A DNA stretch of 64,000 nucleotides, from assembly GCA_963748045.1 (NCBI GenBank), contig CAVVIC010000014.1, positions 282,897 to 346,896 of the forward strand. The letters are read 5' to 3'. The position numbers and the translations under genes were made by a program. Below the pieces are notes generated by a model. That model worked only from the letters and a program-made list of their open reading frames with translations, ran no database searches and was not told the origin of the DNA. Positions 1 to 10,345 of the stretch are shown one piece after another. Origin of the DNA: an uncultured Gammaproteobacteria bacterium (lineage in GTDB: Bacteria > Pseudomonadota > Gammaproteobacteria > Steroidobacterales > Rariloculaceae). Position 1 is the first letter of the stretch, and each line of letters opens with the position of its first letter.

Positions 1-851
1 CGTCAGCAGCACGCCGTCGCGGCCCATGATCGTGGCGTCGCCGGCGCGCACGGCCGCGCCTAGAGTCACGGTCGCGAAGTCGCCGAGCTTCAGCGGCACG
101 CCGTTGCGCACGGTGACGACGGCCGCCGCGAGCGCGGCGGTATCGGGCTCCGGCACGGGCGACTCGATCAGCACGCGCTGCGCCGCCGTGTCGACGAAGC
201 CGGCGCCGCGCAGCGCGAGCGCGGCGCGCGCGGCTTCGGCGAGATCGGCGAGCGTCACGTCGTAGGCCGCGAGCTTCGCGAGATCCGGCGCGATCTGGAG
301 CTGGCGGATCGCGCCGCCGAACACGTTCACGCGCGCGACGCCGGGCACGGCCAGCAGCTGCGGCTTCAAGCTCCACTCGGCGAGATCGCGCAGCGCGAAC
401 GCGTCGAGCGTGTCGGAGACGAGCCCGATCTTCAGCACGTCCATCGTGCTCGAGGTCAGCGGCGAGAGTTTCGGCGCGCCGACGCCTTCCGGCAGCGCGC
501 CCGACGCCCGACGAGCCGCTCGGCGATGTCCTGGTGCGCGCGCTGCGGGTTCGTGCCCGGCGCGAAACTGATGTCGACGACGGAGAGACCCGGGATCGAC
601 TCGGAGCGCAGCGCCGCGAGCCCCGGCGCGCCGTTCACGGCCGCTTCGATCGGCCGCGTCACGAGCGCCTCGACCTGGTCCGGCGTGAATCCCGGCGCCT
701 CGGTCTGGATCGAGACCTGCGCCGGCACGAACTCGGGGAACACGTCGATCGGCGTCAGGCGCGCGCGCACCGCGCCGAGCACGAGGAACGCGAGCGCGAG
801 CGTCGCGACCACGCCGCGCCGCCGTACCGACCAGGCGACGAGCCACTGCAT
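1..851 (-). pseudogene. Heavy-metal-type RND efflux permease (CzcA/CusA family), N-terminal part only; the gene runs off the left edge; one frame break near 500
   Basis: ORF 456..851 begins MQWLVAWSVRRRGVV...PIDVFPEFVPAQVSIQTEAPGFTPDQVE, a typical HME-RND N-terminus. The homology continues in a second minus frame (ALPEGVGAPKLSPLTSSTMDVLKIGLVSD...VRNGVPLKLGDFATV) down to base 1. Confidence 0.8.
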
Positions 852-857
852 GCGCGG

Positions 858-1803
858 CTAGTCTTCCGCCGGAGCGCCGCCGAGCTCGCGCGCGAGCAGC
901 AGGCCGGCGCCCGCCGTCACGATCTTGTCGCCCGCGGCGATGGCGTGCTGCTGGAAGTAGCCTGAGTCGACGGGCCGGCCGATCTCGATCGCGCGGCGCG
1001 TGAATTCGTGCTCGCCGGATTGCACGTAGCACCACGCCTGGCCGCCCGCGAGCACCAGCGCCGAGGCGGGCACCACGGCGCCGCTCTGCGCGTCGCCCGA
1101 GGGCACGGTGGCCGTCAGCCGCTCGCCGAATCCCAACACCGTTGCTGCCGGGTAGCAGTGCGAGCAGCGTGGGCCCTGGCACGCTCGGATCGGCCGGCGC
1201 GGACCAGACTTCGCTCGCCGTCCAGGCGTCGCCGCCGCCGACACGGCGCAGCGTGAGTGCCGTCGGTTTGCCGCTCGGCAACCCGCCGGGGAAGCTCGCG
1301 CGCACGAGCAGCGTGGTGCCGCGCGCGAGTGCGCCGAGCACTGCGTCGCGGCGGCTCGTGACGAGCCACGGCGCGCCGCTGCCGAACCCGAGCGCGGCGC
1401 GCGTGCGCGCGACTTCGAGCAGCGCGGCGTCGCCGGCGGCCTGCCGCTCGGCCGTTTCCAGCGTCGCGGCCGAGACCGCGGTGTCGGCGCCGAAGAGATC
1501 GCGCGCGCGTTTGCGCGCCGCGTCGCTCGAGCGCGCTTCGGCCTCGGCTTTGCTCTGCTCGGCCATCGCGGTCACGAGCTCCTGCGGATCGAGCACCTGC
1601 GCCGGCCCGGCCACGCTCGGCTGCCACGTGGCCGCGGCCGCCGGCTGCGTCTCCACGCCGAGCTTCTCCTGTTGCTCCGCGTCGAGCTCGACGCTGAGCA
1701 GCGGCGCTTCGCCTGCCGCGTGCGCGCTTGGGCCTTCGGGCGTGCGCCCGCTGCAGGCGCAAAGCAATGCGACGAATGCACCGGCAGCGATTCGTAGTTT
1801 CAT
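858..1803 (-). pseudogene. RND membrane-fusion lipoprotein (CzcB/CusB-like); one frame break near 1140
   Basis: A hand-read ATG at 1803 gives MKLRIAAGAFVALLCACSG (lipobox). This frame stays open to the window edge, so it is missing from the ORF track. The C-terminal part is ORF 858..1244 (GQAWCYVQSGEHEFTRRAIEIGRPV...). The start overlaps the upstream gene's stop. Confidence 0.75.
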
Positions 1804-3191
1804 GGAGAAGACCCCAGTAGCTCGCGCAGCGAAGTTGCGGGCGCGAGCTGCGATGCAGGAAACAGCGGTTGCTCCACGCCGTCCTCGAGCGTCGTGAGCG
1901 CATCGAGCATCGCGCGGCGCGCGTCGAGCGCACTGCGCTTCAAGCCCGCGAGCGCGATTTGCTCGGTCAAGAGCTCACCGCGATCGGCCGCGCCGGCCGT
2001 CGAGCCGCCGCTGCATCGCGCGCTCCGCGTCGGCGGCGGCATTGCTCGCCTGCTCGGCCGCGTCGAGCGCCGCGCGTGCGGACGTCAGGCGCGCCGTGCC
2101 GATGTCGATGGCCGCGAGCGCGGCGGCCTGCACTTCGTCGAACTTCGCGGCCGCCACGGCGCGCTGCGCAATGGCTTGGCGAATCGCGGGCCGCGCGTTG
2201 TGGAACAGCGGCACCGGCAGGTCGAGGCCGAGCGTGATCTTGTGGTCGGCTTGATCGTGCAGGTAACCCGGCGCGAGCGTCAGGTCCGGGTATTGCGAGG
2301 CGACCGCCGCACGCAACTCCTGCTCCGCGATCTGGTACTGCGCCAGCGCGCGGCGCACGTCGAGTCGATTCACGAGCGCGCTGTCGCGGGCCGTGGCGAT
2401 GTCGGCGGCCGCGAGCGTCGGTAACGTTGCGAGCGCCGCGGGCTCGAGCGCCGCGCAGCATCCGCCGCCGTTACGCCGATCGCGGCTGCCAGCTCGGCCC
2501 GCGCGGAAGCCAGCGCGGCGCCGTCCTGCGCGAGCCGGCTGCGGCTCTCGTTCGCGGCTTGCAGCGCGGCGAGCCGCTCGGGCGTGCTGCCCGCGCCCAG
2601 GCGCACGCGTGTCTCGACCCAGGTCAGGAAGCCCTGGCGCAGCGCGGCTTCGTCCGTGTCGAGCGCGACGCGCTCGCGATTCAGGGAAAGATCGAGCCAT
2701 GCGCGGCGGACTTCCGCGCGCGCGGCCCACAGCGCTTCGCCGAACTGCCACTCGGCCGCGGCTTCGCTCGCGAGCGCGCGCTCGCGCCGGATCTCGCGTT
2801 TGCCGCCGAGCTCGAACGTCATCGCGAGCGCGGCGCCGACGACCCAGGGATTCGTCGCGCCCGAGTCGGTGACTTTCTCGTTGGTCGCGTTGACCGTCGG
2901 GTTCGGCCGCAGCACCTGCACGCCGGTCGTCGCGCGCGCGGCGTCGACCTCGGCGCGAGCCGTCGCGAGATCGGTGCGCAACAGCCAGGCCGCGAGCGTC
3001 AGCTGATCGAGCGACCACGCGTTGTCGGCCGGTGCGGCGATGCCGCGCGCAGCCAACGCGTCGCGAACGCTGGGCTCGTTCAGCGAGCGTGTCGAGAGGC
3101 GTACGGCGTTCGCGGCCGCGTCGATCGGCGCCGGCGGCACGTGCTGGCAGCCGGCGCACAGAAGCACGAGCGCTACGCAGTGGGCCGGCAT
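1800..3191 (-). pseudogene. Outer-membrane efflux lipoprotein (CzcC/TolC-like OMF); two frame breaks (about 2450 and 2000)
   Basis: The ATG at 3191 gives MPAHCVALVLLCAGCQ (lipobox). OMF-like sequence runs through three ORFs in turn: 2370..3944 (..NPTVNATNEKVTDSGATNPWVVGAAL..), 1975..3159 (..SQYPDLTLAPGYLHDQADHKITLGLDLPVPLF..) and 1800..2042 (..LDARRAMLDALTTLEDGVEQ..). Confidence 0.75.
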
Positions 3192-3341
3192 GCGCGTCGC
3201 ACGCGCCGTGCCGAAGCTCCGTGCGAAGAATTGGTGTCGGTCTAGGCCCATTGCGAAATCAACGCGAGCGGCTGCAGGCGATCGCCGTATCTTACGCGTA
3301 TCCGCGCCGGCTCGATCAATGCGGCGGAGGTCACGGACCTT

Positions 3342-3920
3342 GTGGCTTACTACACCGCGTTCATCGTGACCCCGATGCTGCACGGTGCGGATCGCAAGGA
3401 CGACGTGCTGTGGCTCGGTGCCTGGCCGAATGGTGCCGCGATGGGCGCAGATGCGGCGCTGTACGCGACGCCGCAGGGCCGCGAGATCGACGCGGCTTTC
3501 GACAGCGTCGGGAACTGCGAGAGCCACGCGCAATACGCCGAGGTCGTGGTCCATCAGCCGCAGAACCCGCCGCCGGAACACGGTGTTGCGGTGTTTCGCG
3601 ACTGCACCGTACACGCCGGTCGCACGGTGCCCGAGGCGCTGGCGGCGCTCGGCCAGTGGAGCGAGTACGTCACCGGCAAAGGCTCGAATCCGTTCAGCGC
3701 CGTGTTGTTCGCGCTCGCCGGGCTGCCGAATGACGCGCACTACACGTTCAAGTCCGTCGACGGATTCGATTCGATGCAGGCGTACGGAAAGTACCTGGAC
3801 ATGTACACCGCCGGCGGTTTCATGCGCGCCGAGGAATTGATGGACCGCGTGCTCGACTGCAACAGCGCGCGTGTGTACGCCCTGGAGCGCGTGAGGCTGG
3901 CGGCTCCTCCGGCGCGGTAA
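3342..3920 (+). CDS. Hypothetical protein; no family recognised; 5' end uncertain
   Basis: The composition is protein-like and not Arg-biased (..WSEYVTGKGSNPFSAVLFALAGLPNDAHYTFKSVDGFDSMQAYGKYLDMYTAGGF..). Protein-like in-frame sequence extends upstream of the GTG to about 3246 without an ATG. Confidence 0.45.
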   Translation: MAYYTAFIVTPMLHGADRKDDVLWLGAWPNGAAMGADAALYATPQGREIDAAFDSVGNCESHAQYAEVVVHQPQNPPPEHGVAVFRDCTVHAGRTVPEALAALGQWSEYVTGKGSNPFSAVLFALAGLPNDAHYTFKSVDGFDSMQAYGKYLDMYTAGGFMRAEELMDRVLDCNSARVYALERVRLAAPPAR

Positions 3921-3942
3921 GGGGTCGGCTTTTTCGCCGTGC

Positions 3943-3975
3943 AAAAAAAAGGAGGGGCGGTGCTAACACCGCCCC
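3943..3975 (-). terminator. Rho-independent terminator of the 4018..5436 gene; it lies between convergent genes
   Basis: Perfect 9-bp stem GGGGCGGTG/CACCGCCCC (3954-3962 / 3967-3975) with a 4-nt loop. On the minus strand it is followed by a run of 8 T (A8 at 3943-3950 on the plus strand). Confidence 0.7.
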
Positions 3976-4017
3976 TCGCTTCGTGTCGGCCGGGCGCGCG
4001 AGCGCGCCGAGGTAGTG

Positions 4018-5436
4018 TTAGCGCCAGCCCGTGACTTTCACGATCACGCCGTGGCCCGTGATGTTGTGCTGCACGCTGAAGTAATAGACCTTGCCCGTGG
4101 GGTCGAAGAAGCCGCCCGTCGACTCGGCCGTCAGGTCGTTCAACGTCATCACCCGCACGCAGGCATCCGCAAGGTTGTTCTCGTCCGCGCCGTCGTCGAG
4201 GCAATCCCAGATGTCGTTGTTGCGCGCCGGCGTGTAGGTCGCGCCCTCGCCGTCCTCGTGGAGGAGCCAGTTGCCGCGACCGGGCTGGTACGCGATGTTG
4301 TCCATCATCCCGAGCTCGACGTTACCGATCACGAGCGGCTGGTACTCCGGCACAGAGGTGCCGGCGCCGGCGTCGGCAACGGTGCCGTCCGTCATGCAGT
4401 AGACCTCGCCGAAGTGATTGTCGCCGGCGGTTGCACTCGGTGCCGTGTCCTCGCCCGTGTTGGTGCCGCAGAACCGAGCGTTGCCGTCGGCCAGCGCCTT
4501 CAGGTCGAGGTCCATGTCCTCCGGACGGTAGTAGCTCGTCAGCTTCAGCGTTGCGGCGGCGGCGCGCAGATTGATCGGCGCGATGCCTGTGACGGGCACC
4601 CACGTGCCGCGACCGAACTCGTTGCCCTGGCCATAGTCGGTGTTGCCGCTGCGGCGGCCGGCTCGGAAGCCGTAGAGCGAGCCGGACACGAGCGGTGACT
4701 GGTCGAGATTCACGATCGGCGCCGTGCCCGTCCAAAGCGTCGCGGGCACGAACTTGAAGATCGCGCCACCGGGGTTGCCGTTGCCGGGGCGGTTCTCGTC
4801 CGCGCTGTACATGACGCCGTTCGGCAGGAACGTGGTGCCCTCGAACGACAGCTGGCCCAACGCGGGGCGATAGGCAACGTGCGTCGGATCGGACGTCGTG
4901 GTCGTAGCGCCTGAGCCGCTGACGGTAACGCCCGTCGTCGCGAGGGGATCCAAGATCTCGAACGTGCGGCCGTTGGTGCCGTTCTCTTCGCCGACCGTGA
5001 CCGTGCCCCACGGGGTTGCACGCACCGGGTCGCAGGAGGTCAGGCCCGAGGCGATGATCGTCTCGGGAACGCCGGTCGCGAGGTTGATGCGCTGGACGGC
5101 GACCTGTGCCGCGCCTTGCTCGTTGCACGCGATCAAGTGAGTCGGCTGTTCCTTCGGCCACAGCACCATCATGTCGATATTCGGGCCGAGCGCCGGGTCG
5201 GCGCTCACGACGCTGACGCGCAGGCCGCGCGCGACGGTCACGAGCGCGGCCGGATTCGCGTTCGCTTCATCGGCCGTCAGGCTCTTGCCCGACGATTCGT
5301 CGAGCGTGCCGTGCGTTCCGAACAGCAGGGGCGCGGCGACTTTCGCGAGCGTTTCGACGGCCTTGCCAAAGTCGGCGGCCGATGCGCTGCCGGTGGCGGC
5401 TGCACACATAGCGGCGCAGAGTAGTTGCTTCTTCAC
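4018..5436 (-). CDS. Secreted DUF839/PhoX-like beta-propeller protein (putative phosphatase)
   Basis: Intact 472-aa ORF with a GTG start preceded by AGGAGG. It has a Sec signal (MKKQLLCAAMCAAATGSASA|AD). Motifs resemble the DUF839/PhoX family: ..CDPVRATPWGTVTVGEENG.. and ..ESTGGFFDPTGKVYYFSVQHN... Confidence 0.7.
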   Translation of the reverse strand: MKKQLLCAAMCAAATGSASAADFGKAVETLAKVAAPLLFGTHGTLDESSGKSLTADEANANPAALVTVARGLRVSVVSADPALGPNIDMMVLWPKEQPTHLIACNEQGAAQVAVQRINLATGVPETIIASGLTSCDPVRATPWGTVTVGEENGTNGRTFEILDPLATTGVTVSGSGATTTTSDPTHVAYRPALGQLSFEGTTFLPNGVMYSADENRPGNGNPGGAIFKFVPATLWTGTAPIVNLDQSPLVSGSLYGFRAGRRSGNTDYGQGNEFGRGTWVPVTGIAPINLRAAAATLKLTSYYRPEDMDLDLKALADGNARFCGTNTGEDTAPSATAGDNHFGEVYCMTDGTVADAGAGTSVPEYQPLVIGNVELGMMDNIAYQPGRGNWLLHEDGEGATYTPARNNDIWDCLDDGADENNLADACVRVMTLNDLTAESTGGFFDPTGKVYYFSVQHNITGHGVIVKVTGWR

Positions 5437-5575
5437 GATACCTCCTAGACGTGAGTGACGAATCGGGGCGTGGATCCACGCTCTGCGTTACGTTAGGAAG
5501 TGCAGATGTATTTGCGGTGAAGAGATCAAGACAAGTTCGTGACACGTCGTTGCGTGCGCTACACACGTCATTCTA

Positions 5576-6022
5576 TTGTCATCTACGCGTGCTGAACTGC
5601 GGTGCGTGAGAAGACCGATCCTCGTCGCCGTGCTGGTGTTCGCGGCCGTTGCTGCACTAGCCAACCTCGGCTTCGAGTTGGTCGGTGCGATGCGCCAGAT
5701 CGATACGCTCGCTGGTGCGAGTGCCGGTACTGCGAACTCCGCGATTTCCGCAGCCTTGCGCGCGACGCAGGCCGCGTCTGCTCCCCTCGTGTCGCGCGCA
5801 CCGAGCGCCGAAACGGCAGTGGAACCGACGGCAGCCACACGGGAGTTGCCCCTTCCCGTACCCGAGAGCGAGCCGCATGCGCGATTCGACGCGGAAGCGG
5901 CGTTGCGCGAGGCCGGCGATCGCGACCCGAACGTCGCCGACCTCTCGAACGACCCCGATCCCGCGGTCGGTAGCGCCGTGCGGGACTTCATCACGCACCT
6001 CGATTCGCCCGGCGGCCAGTAG
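5576..6022 (+). CDS. Hypothetical membrane-anchored, low-complexity protein; the start is more likely the GTG at 5606
   Basis: Only the N-terminal hydrophobic segment (RRPILVAVLVFAAVAALANLG) and an acidic, Pro/Ala-rich tail support this call. No family was recognised. Confidence 0.3.
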   Translation: MSSTRAELRCVRRPILVAVLVFAAVAALANLGFELVGAMRQIDTLAGASAGTANSAISAALRATQAASAPLVSRAPSAETAVEPTAATRELPLPVPESEPHARFDAEAALREAGDRDPNVADLSNDPDPAVGSAVRDFITHLDSPGGQ

Positions 6023-6036
6023 GGGCCGTCTCAGGC

Positions 6037-6067
6037 TTGACCCTTACGCCACGTCAGCCCGTACTGT
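6037..6067 (+). promoter_or_regulatory. MerR-type promoter with a 19-bp spacer, upstream of the MerR/TipAS gene
   Basis: TTGACC (6037-6042), a 19-nt spacer, then TACTGT (6062-6067). The spacer carries an imperfect dyad CTTACG-N3-CGTCAG (6043-6057). The ATG is at 6075, only 7 nt after the -10 element. Confidence 0.5.
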
Positions 6068-6074
6068 GCGGGCC

Positions 6075-6866
6075 ATGGCGAAACGGACCTATCTCGTCAA
6101 AGAAGTAGCGGCGCTGTCCGGCGTGACCGTGCGCGCGCTGCATCACTACGACGAGCTCGGTCTGCTGACGCCAACAGCACGGACTGCCGCGGGCTATCGC
6201 CTATACAGCGACGACGATCTGCTGCGCTTGCAGCAGATCCTGATCGGCCGCGAGTTGGGTCTGTCGCTGGAGGCGATTCGCCGCTCGCTCGATGACCCAG
6301 GCTTCGATCGCCGCGCGGCGCTCACCGCGCAGCGCGCGGAGCTCGCGGCGCGGGCCGAGCGGGCCGAGGACATGGTCCGCGCGATCGATGCCGCGCTCGC
6401 GGCGATCGAGGTGGCAGAAGATAAGGAGGAGACGAACGTGGGCACGAAGGTGGACTTCAAGAAGATTTTCGACGGCTTCGATCACGAGAAGTATGAGGAC
6501 GAAGCAAGGCAGCGCTGGGGCAACACGGATGCGTGGAAGATCTCGCAGCAGCGCACGAAGTCGTATACGGAAGCGGACTGGCGGAAGTGCAAGGAAGAGC
6601 AGGGCGCCATCTACGGCGACGCATTGGCTCTGATGAAAACCGGTGTCGCAGCCGACGACGTGCGCGCGATGGACGTGGCCGAGCGTCACCGGCTGTCGTT
6701 CGATCGTTGGTTCTATCCGTGCAGCCACAAGATGCACGCGAACCTCGCCGACATGTGGGAGACCGACACGCGGTTCGCGACGAACATCGATAAGCACGGC
6801 ACGGGGCTCACGAAGTTCATCGCGGCGGCCGTCCGTGCGAATGCGGTGCGCTCGCCGAGGGCTTGA
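6075..6866 (+). CDS. MerR-family transcriptional regulator with a TipAS-like C-terminal effector domain
   Basis: MAKRTYLVKEVAALSGVTVRALHHYDELGLLTP..GYRLYSDDDLLRLQQI is a MerR HTH. The C-terminal part (..WGNTDAWKISQQRTKSYTEADW..FYPCSHKMHANLADMW..) resembles TipAS/Mta-type domains. Confidence 0.85.
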   Translation: MAKRTYLVKEVAALSGVTVRALHHYDELGLLTPTARTAAGYRLYSDDDLLRLQQILIGRELGLSLEAIRRSLDDPGFDRRAALTAQRAELAARAERAEDMVRAIDAALAAIEVAEDKEETNVGTKVDFKKIFDGFDHEKYEDEARQRWGNTDAWKISQQRTKSYTEADWRKCKEEQGAIYGDALALMKTGVAADDVRAMDVAERHRLSFDRWFYPCSHKMHANLADMWETDTRFATNIDKHGTGLTKFIAAAVRANAVRSPRA

Positions 6867-6904
6867 CGATCGCCGCGGCGAGCGCTTAGCATCGATCCCG
6901 AATT

Positions 6905-6946
6905 GAGGCCCGCCCTGCGTCCGCAGCGCGGGCCTCGACTTTTTTC
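6905..6946 (+). terminator. Rho-independent terminator after the MerR-family gene
   Basis: Stem GAGGCCCGC (6905-6913) pairs with GCGGGCCTC (6928-6936). The loop has an inner CTGC/GCAG pairing. The stem is followed by GACTTTTTT. Confidence 0.7.
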
Positions 6947-6975
6947 CGTATCCCAAATCTTTCGAGGAGACGGAA

Positions 6976-7950
6976 ATGACGACTTTGCCCTCACGCATCG
7001 ACGAAGGCGTGTTCGTGGATATCCACGGCGTGCCGCAATGGCTCACGCTGCGCGGTGACGATCGCGCGAACCCCGCGCTGTTGATCATCGGCGGACCCGG
7101 CTTCGGGTACGCGGCGCTCGCGCCGTTTTTCGCGAGCTTCGAACGCTCGTTCACGCTCGTGCAGTGGGATCAGCCCGGCGCCGGATTCACGTTCGGCAAG
7201 AACGGCGATGCCGGTGAGCTCACGCTCGAGCGGCTCGTGCGCGACGGCGTGCGCGTCGCGGAGATCGCGTGCGTACGGCTTGGCGTGTCGCGACTCGCAC
7301 TGCTGTGCGTCTCCGGCGGCACGCTCGTCGGGTTGCACATGGTGCAACGGCGACCGGAGCTGTTCTCCGCGTACGTGGGCACCGGCCAGTTCGTCGACTG
7401 GCGGCGGCAGGACGCACAGAGCTACGCGCTGTTGCTCGAGCGCGCGCGTGAGCGCGGCGACGCGGCGATGCTCGCGGAGCTCGAAGCTTTGGGCCCGCCG
7501 CCGTACGCCGATGCAGATGCCGATGCGCGCAAATCGAAGTACGCGGGCGCGCCGACGCTGCGCGAGGGCGTGACCTTCGCCGAGCTGCTGCCGCTCGTGG
7601 CCGCGGCAAGCGCGGGTGAACCGGCGGATTCGAAGTACCTCGCGCACGGCGTGCCGTGGCCAGAGCCGCGCCCGCGTTCGTTCGCGGCGTACATCGCGCT
7701 GCGCAACGACCTCGTGACGTTCGACGCGCGCAAGCTGAGCCCGCGCTTCGCCGTGCCGATGTTCTTCGTGCAGGGCACCGACGATCTCTACAGCGTGACT
7801 GCGCAGGTTCAGCGCTACGCGGCGGAGATCGAAGCGCCGCACGTCGAGGTCGTGACGATCGACGGCGCAGGGCACTCCGTTATGTTCCTTCGTGCCGAGT
7901 TCCTGGCCGCGCTCGAGGCTCGGTTGCTGGGGGGCGGAGGTGCGGACTAA
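6976..7950 (+). CDS. Alpha/beta-fold hydrolase (proline-iminopeptidase-like)
   Basis: Intact 324-aa ORF with GAGGAG upstream of the ATG. Supporting segments: ..ALLIIGGPGFGY.., a nucleophile-elbow-like LLCVSGGTLVG, and C-terminal ..IDGAGHSVMF... Confidence 0.8.
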   Translation: MTTLPSRIDEGVFVDIHGVPQWLTLRGDDRANPALLIIGGPGFGYAALAPFFASFERSFTLVQWDQPGAGFTFGKNGDAGELTLERLVRDGVRVAEIACVRLGVSRLALLCVSGGTLVGLHMVQRRPELFSAYVGTGQFVDWRRQDAQSYALLLERARERGDAAMLAELEALGPPPYADADADARKSKYAGAPTLREGVTFAELLPLVAAASAGEPADSKYLAHGVPWPEPRPRSFAAYIALRNDLVTFDARKLSPRFAVPMFFVQGTDDLYSVTAQVQRYAAEIEAPHVEVVTIDGAGHSVMFLRAEFLAALEARLLGGGGAD

Positions 7951-8030
7951 AGTGGCCGACGAATCTGCTACGAGAGCTGCGGAGGCGAGTGTGAGGAGGC
8001 TATTGGCCGGAATGCTGGTACGTCGCGACC

Positions 8031-8804
8031 GTGGCCGTGACCGCGATCGGCGTATTCGATTCCGGCGTCGGCGGCCTCTCCGTGCTGAAGCACATTCGTG
8101 CCGTGTTGCCGCGACACGATCTCCTCTATGTCGCCGACTCCGGTCACGTGCCGTACGGGGACAAAACGCAGGACCACATTCGCGAGCGGTCGCTCGCGCT
8201 CACGCAATTTCTCGTCGGCGAAGGCGCGGCGGCCGTCGTGATCGCGTGCAACACGGCGACCGCGGCCGCGGCCGCGACTTTACGCCAGCGATTCACGCTA
8301 CCGATCGTCGCGATGGAGCCGGCCGTGAAGCCCGCGGTGGCCGCGACGCGCAGCGGCGTGGTCGGCGTGCTCGCGACCGTCGGCACGCTCGAGAGCGCGC
8401 GGTTCGCCGCGCTGCTCGAGCAGTACGCGGGCGACGTCGAGATCGTGACGCAGGCGTGCCCGGGGCTCGTGGAGCAGGTGGAAGCCGGCGAGCTCGACAG
8501 CGCCGCGACGCGCGCGCTCGTCGAGCGTTACACGAAGCCGCTCATCGCACGGGGTGCCGACACGCTCGTGCTCGGCTGCACGCACTATCCGTTCTTGAAA
8601 CCCGTGATCACCGAGCTCGTCGGTCCCGACGTGCGGCTCATCGATACGGGCGGGGCCGTGGCGCGGCAGGTCGTGCGCAGGTTGCCGGCCGCGGCGCCGG
8701 CGGAGTCACCGACCGAGCGTTTCTGGTCCACGGGCGATCTCGCCTCAGCCCGCCGCATCATGAGCCAGCTCTGGGGCCGGCGCGTGGCCGTCGACGCGCC
8801 GTAG
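8031..8804 (+). CDS. murI: Glutamate racemase
   Basis: IGVFDSGVGGLSVL.., ..VVIACNTATAAA.. and ..LVLGCTHYPFL.. are canonical MurI motifs. The ORF is intact with a GTG start. Confidence 0.95.
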   Translation: MAVTAIGVFDSGVGGLSVLKHIRAVLPRHDLLYVADSGHVPYGDKTQDHIRERSLALTQFLVGEGAAAVVIACNTATAAAAATLRQRFTLPIVAMEPAVKPAVAATRSGVVGVLATVGTLESARFAALLEQYAGDVEIVTQACPGLVEQVEAGELDSAATRALVERYTKPLIARGADTLVLGCTHYPFLKPVITELVGPDVRLIDTGGAVARQVVRRLPAAAPAESPTERFWSTGDLASARRIMSQLWGRRVAVDAP

Positions 8805-8922
8805 GTCGCGACTCTCCGCGCTTCCGCCGGTCGCGAGCCGCGTTTTGTGACCAACGTCCAGACGGCCGCGCGAGGTTGGCGAACAATCTCGGGTTGCGAT
8901 GCCCGATATCGTGGGAGCCGCC

Positions 8923-10147
8923 ATGGAAGCGCCGTATCTGAAGGAGCTTGAAGGCAAACGGTCAGCCGTTTCTTTCGGCAATCGGCGCCTGGAGGCGGAG
9001 TATCGCGCCTACGTGTCGCGTCGTAGCGAGCTCAACGTGCGGCGTCAGCTGGCCCTCGGCGCTTTGCTACTCGCCGGCGTTACGGGTCTCGATTTCGCTC
9101 TTCTCTCGGAGTGACTTTGCGCTGCGAGCCGCTGCAGCGCGCGCGTGCTTCGCGCTGCCACCGATCGTGGCGGCTTTCGCCCTGACTTACGTGCGCCATA
9201 CATTGTGGCTCCGGCAGGTTGCGGGAGTGCTCGTTGCGTTCGGAGTGGGGCTGACCTCGCTTGCCATTGCCGACTTCGCGGCCGGCTATGACTACCCCGC
9301 GCTCGCCGGTGGTTTCATCATCGTCGTGTTTGCGTATTTCTTTCTCGGCTTGCATTACGTCGTCGCCGTCACGACCGGATTCGCGCTCGCCGCCGCGTAC
9401 GTGGCGCTCGCGTCGTTGAGCGGAGCGGAGGCGACGACCATCATCTACACCGGCTACAACCTGCTCGTCATGAACGTAATCTGCGCGATCGGCGCCGGCC
9501 AGCTGGAGCTCGCGCGGCGCAGGGATTTTCTCAAAGAACGCCTTCTGAGTTACCGCGCGGGCTACGACGCCCTTTCCGAGCTCGCCAATCGCCGCGCTTT
9601 CGACACGCACTTGGCAGATTCCTGGAAGAAGGCGCAGGGAACGCGGACCGCGCTCGCGTTGCTGCTCATCGACATCGATCACTTCAAAGCCTACAACGAC
9701 CAATATGGGCATCAGGCTGGCGATCGCGCCATTCAGCGAGTGGGCCAGGTCTTGAAGGTCTTGTTGCGGCGGCCCGAAGACTTCGCCAGCCGTTATGGCG
9801 GTGAAGAGTTCTCGGTGATTCTGGCCGACCTCGACGACGATTCCGCGATCCAAATGGCGGAACGTATTCGCGAACGGGTGCTGATGGAGAAGATCGAGCA
9901 CTCGCGTTCCGCCACGGCGACGTGTGTCACGGTCAGCATCGGCGTCGCGTATTTGCTCCCGCACGAGAGCGATCGGAGTGAGAAGGGACTGCTGCAAATG
10001 GCGGACGAGGCGCTCTATTCAGCGAAAGAACTTGGCCGGAACCGCGTCGTGCGGGCCGCTGTTGCGTCCGCCTCGAGGACTGGCGTCTTTCGGCTGCAGC
10101 AAGAGGCCGCGGACGAATGCGCTACCCCGCAGGTGGGTACGCTCTGA
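8923..10147 (+). pseudogene. Membrane-bound diguanylate cyclase (GGDEF); one frame break near 9105
   Basis: The N-terminus lies in ORF 8899..9114 (MEAPYLKELEGKRSAVSFGNRRLEAEYRAY..). The rest lies in ORF 8948..10147, with several TM helices and the GGDEF core ..DIDHFKAYNDQYGHQAGD..RYGGEEFSVIL... Confidence 0.8.
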
Positions 10148-10345
10148 CGAACGTCAGCTTGCCACCCGCCCGAGTGCTGCGCGGGGTCTAGTCGGGCGCG
10201 AGCTACGGAACCGGCGCGTGTCGGGCCGTTGTGGGCGTGCTACAGCGGAGTGCTGCCGAAAATACAGCGAACATTCTCGTTGTTGTGAAAAAAGCACGTC
10301 GGGGATAGAGTACTTCGCTACTGCAAAATACCCGGGGGGATGCTC

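Noticed and set aside
1115-1933. Many long Arg/Ala/Pro-rich ORFs in the track. Examples are 1115..1933, 1142..1897, 6201..7154, 24808..25746, 31726..32337, 40570..41820 and 63090..63977.
   Set aside because: They lie antisense to, or out of frame with, genes that show clear family homology. Their composition is what random open frames look like in very GC-rich DNA. None shows a recognisable domain.
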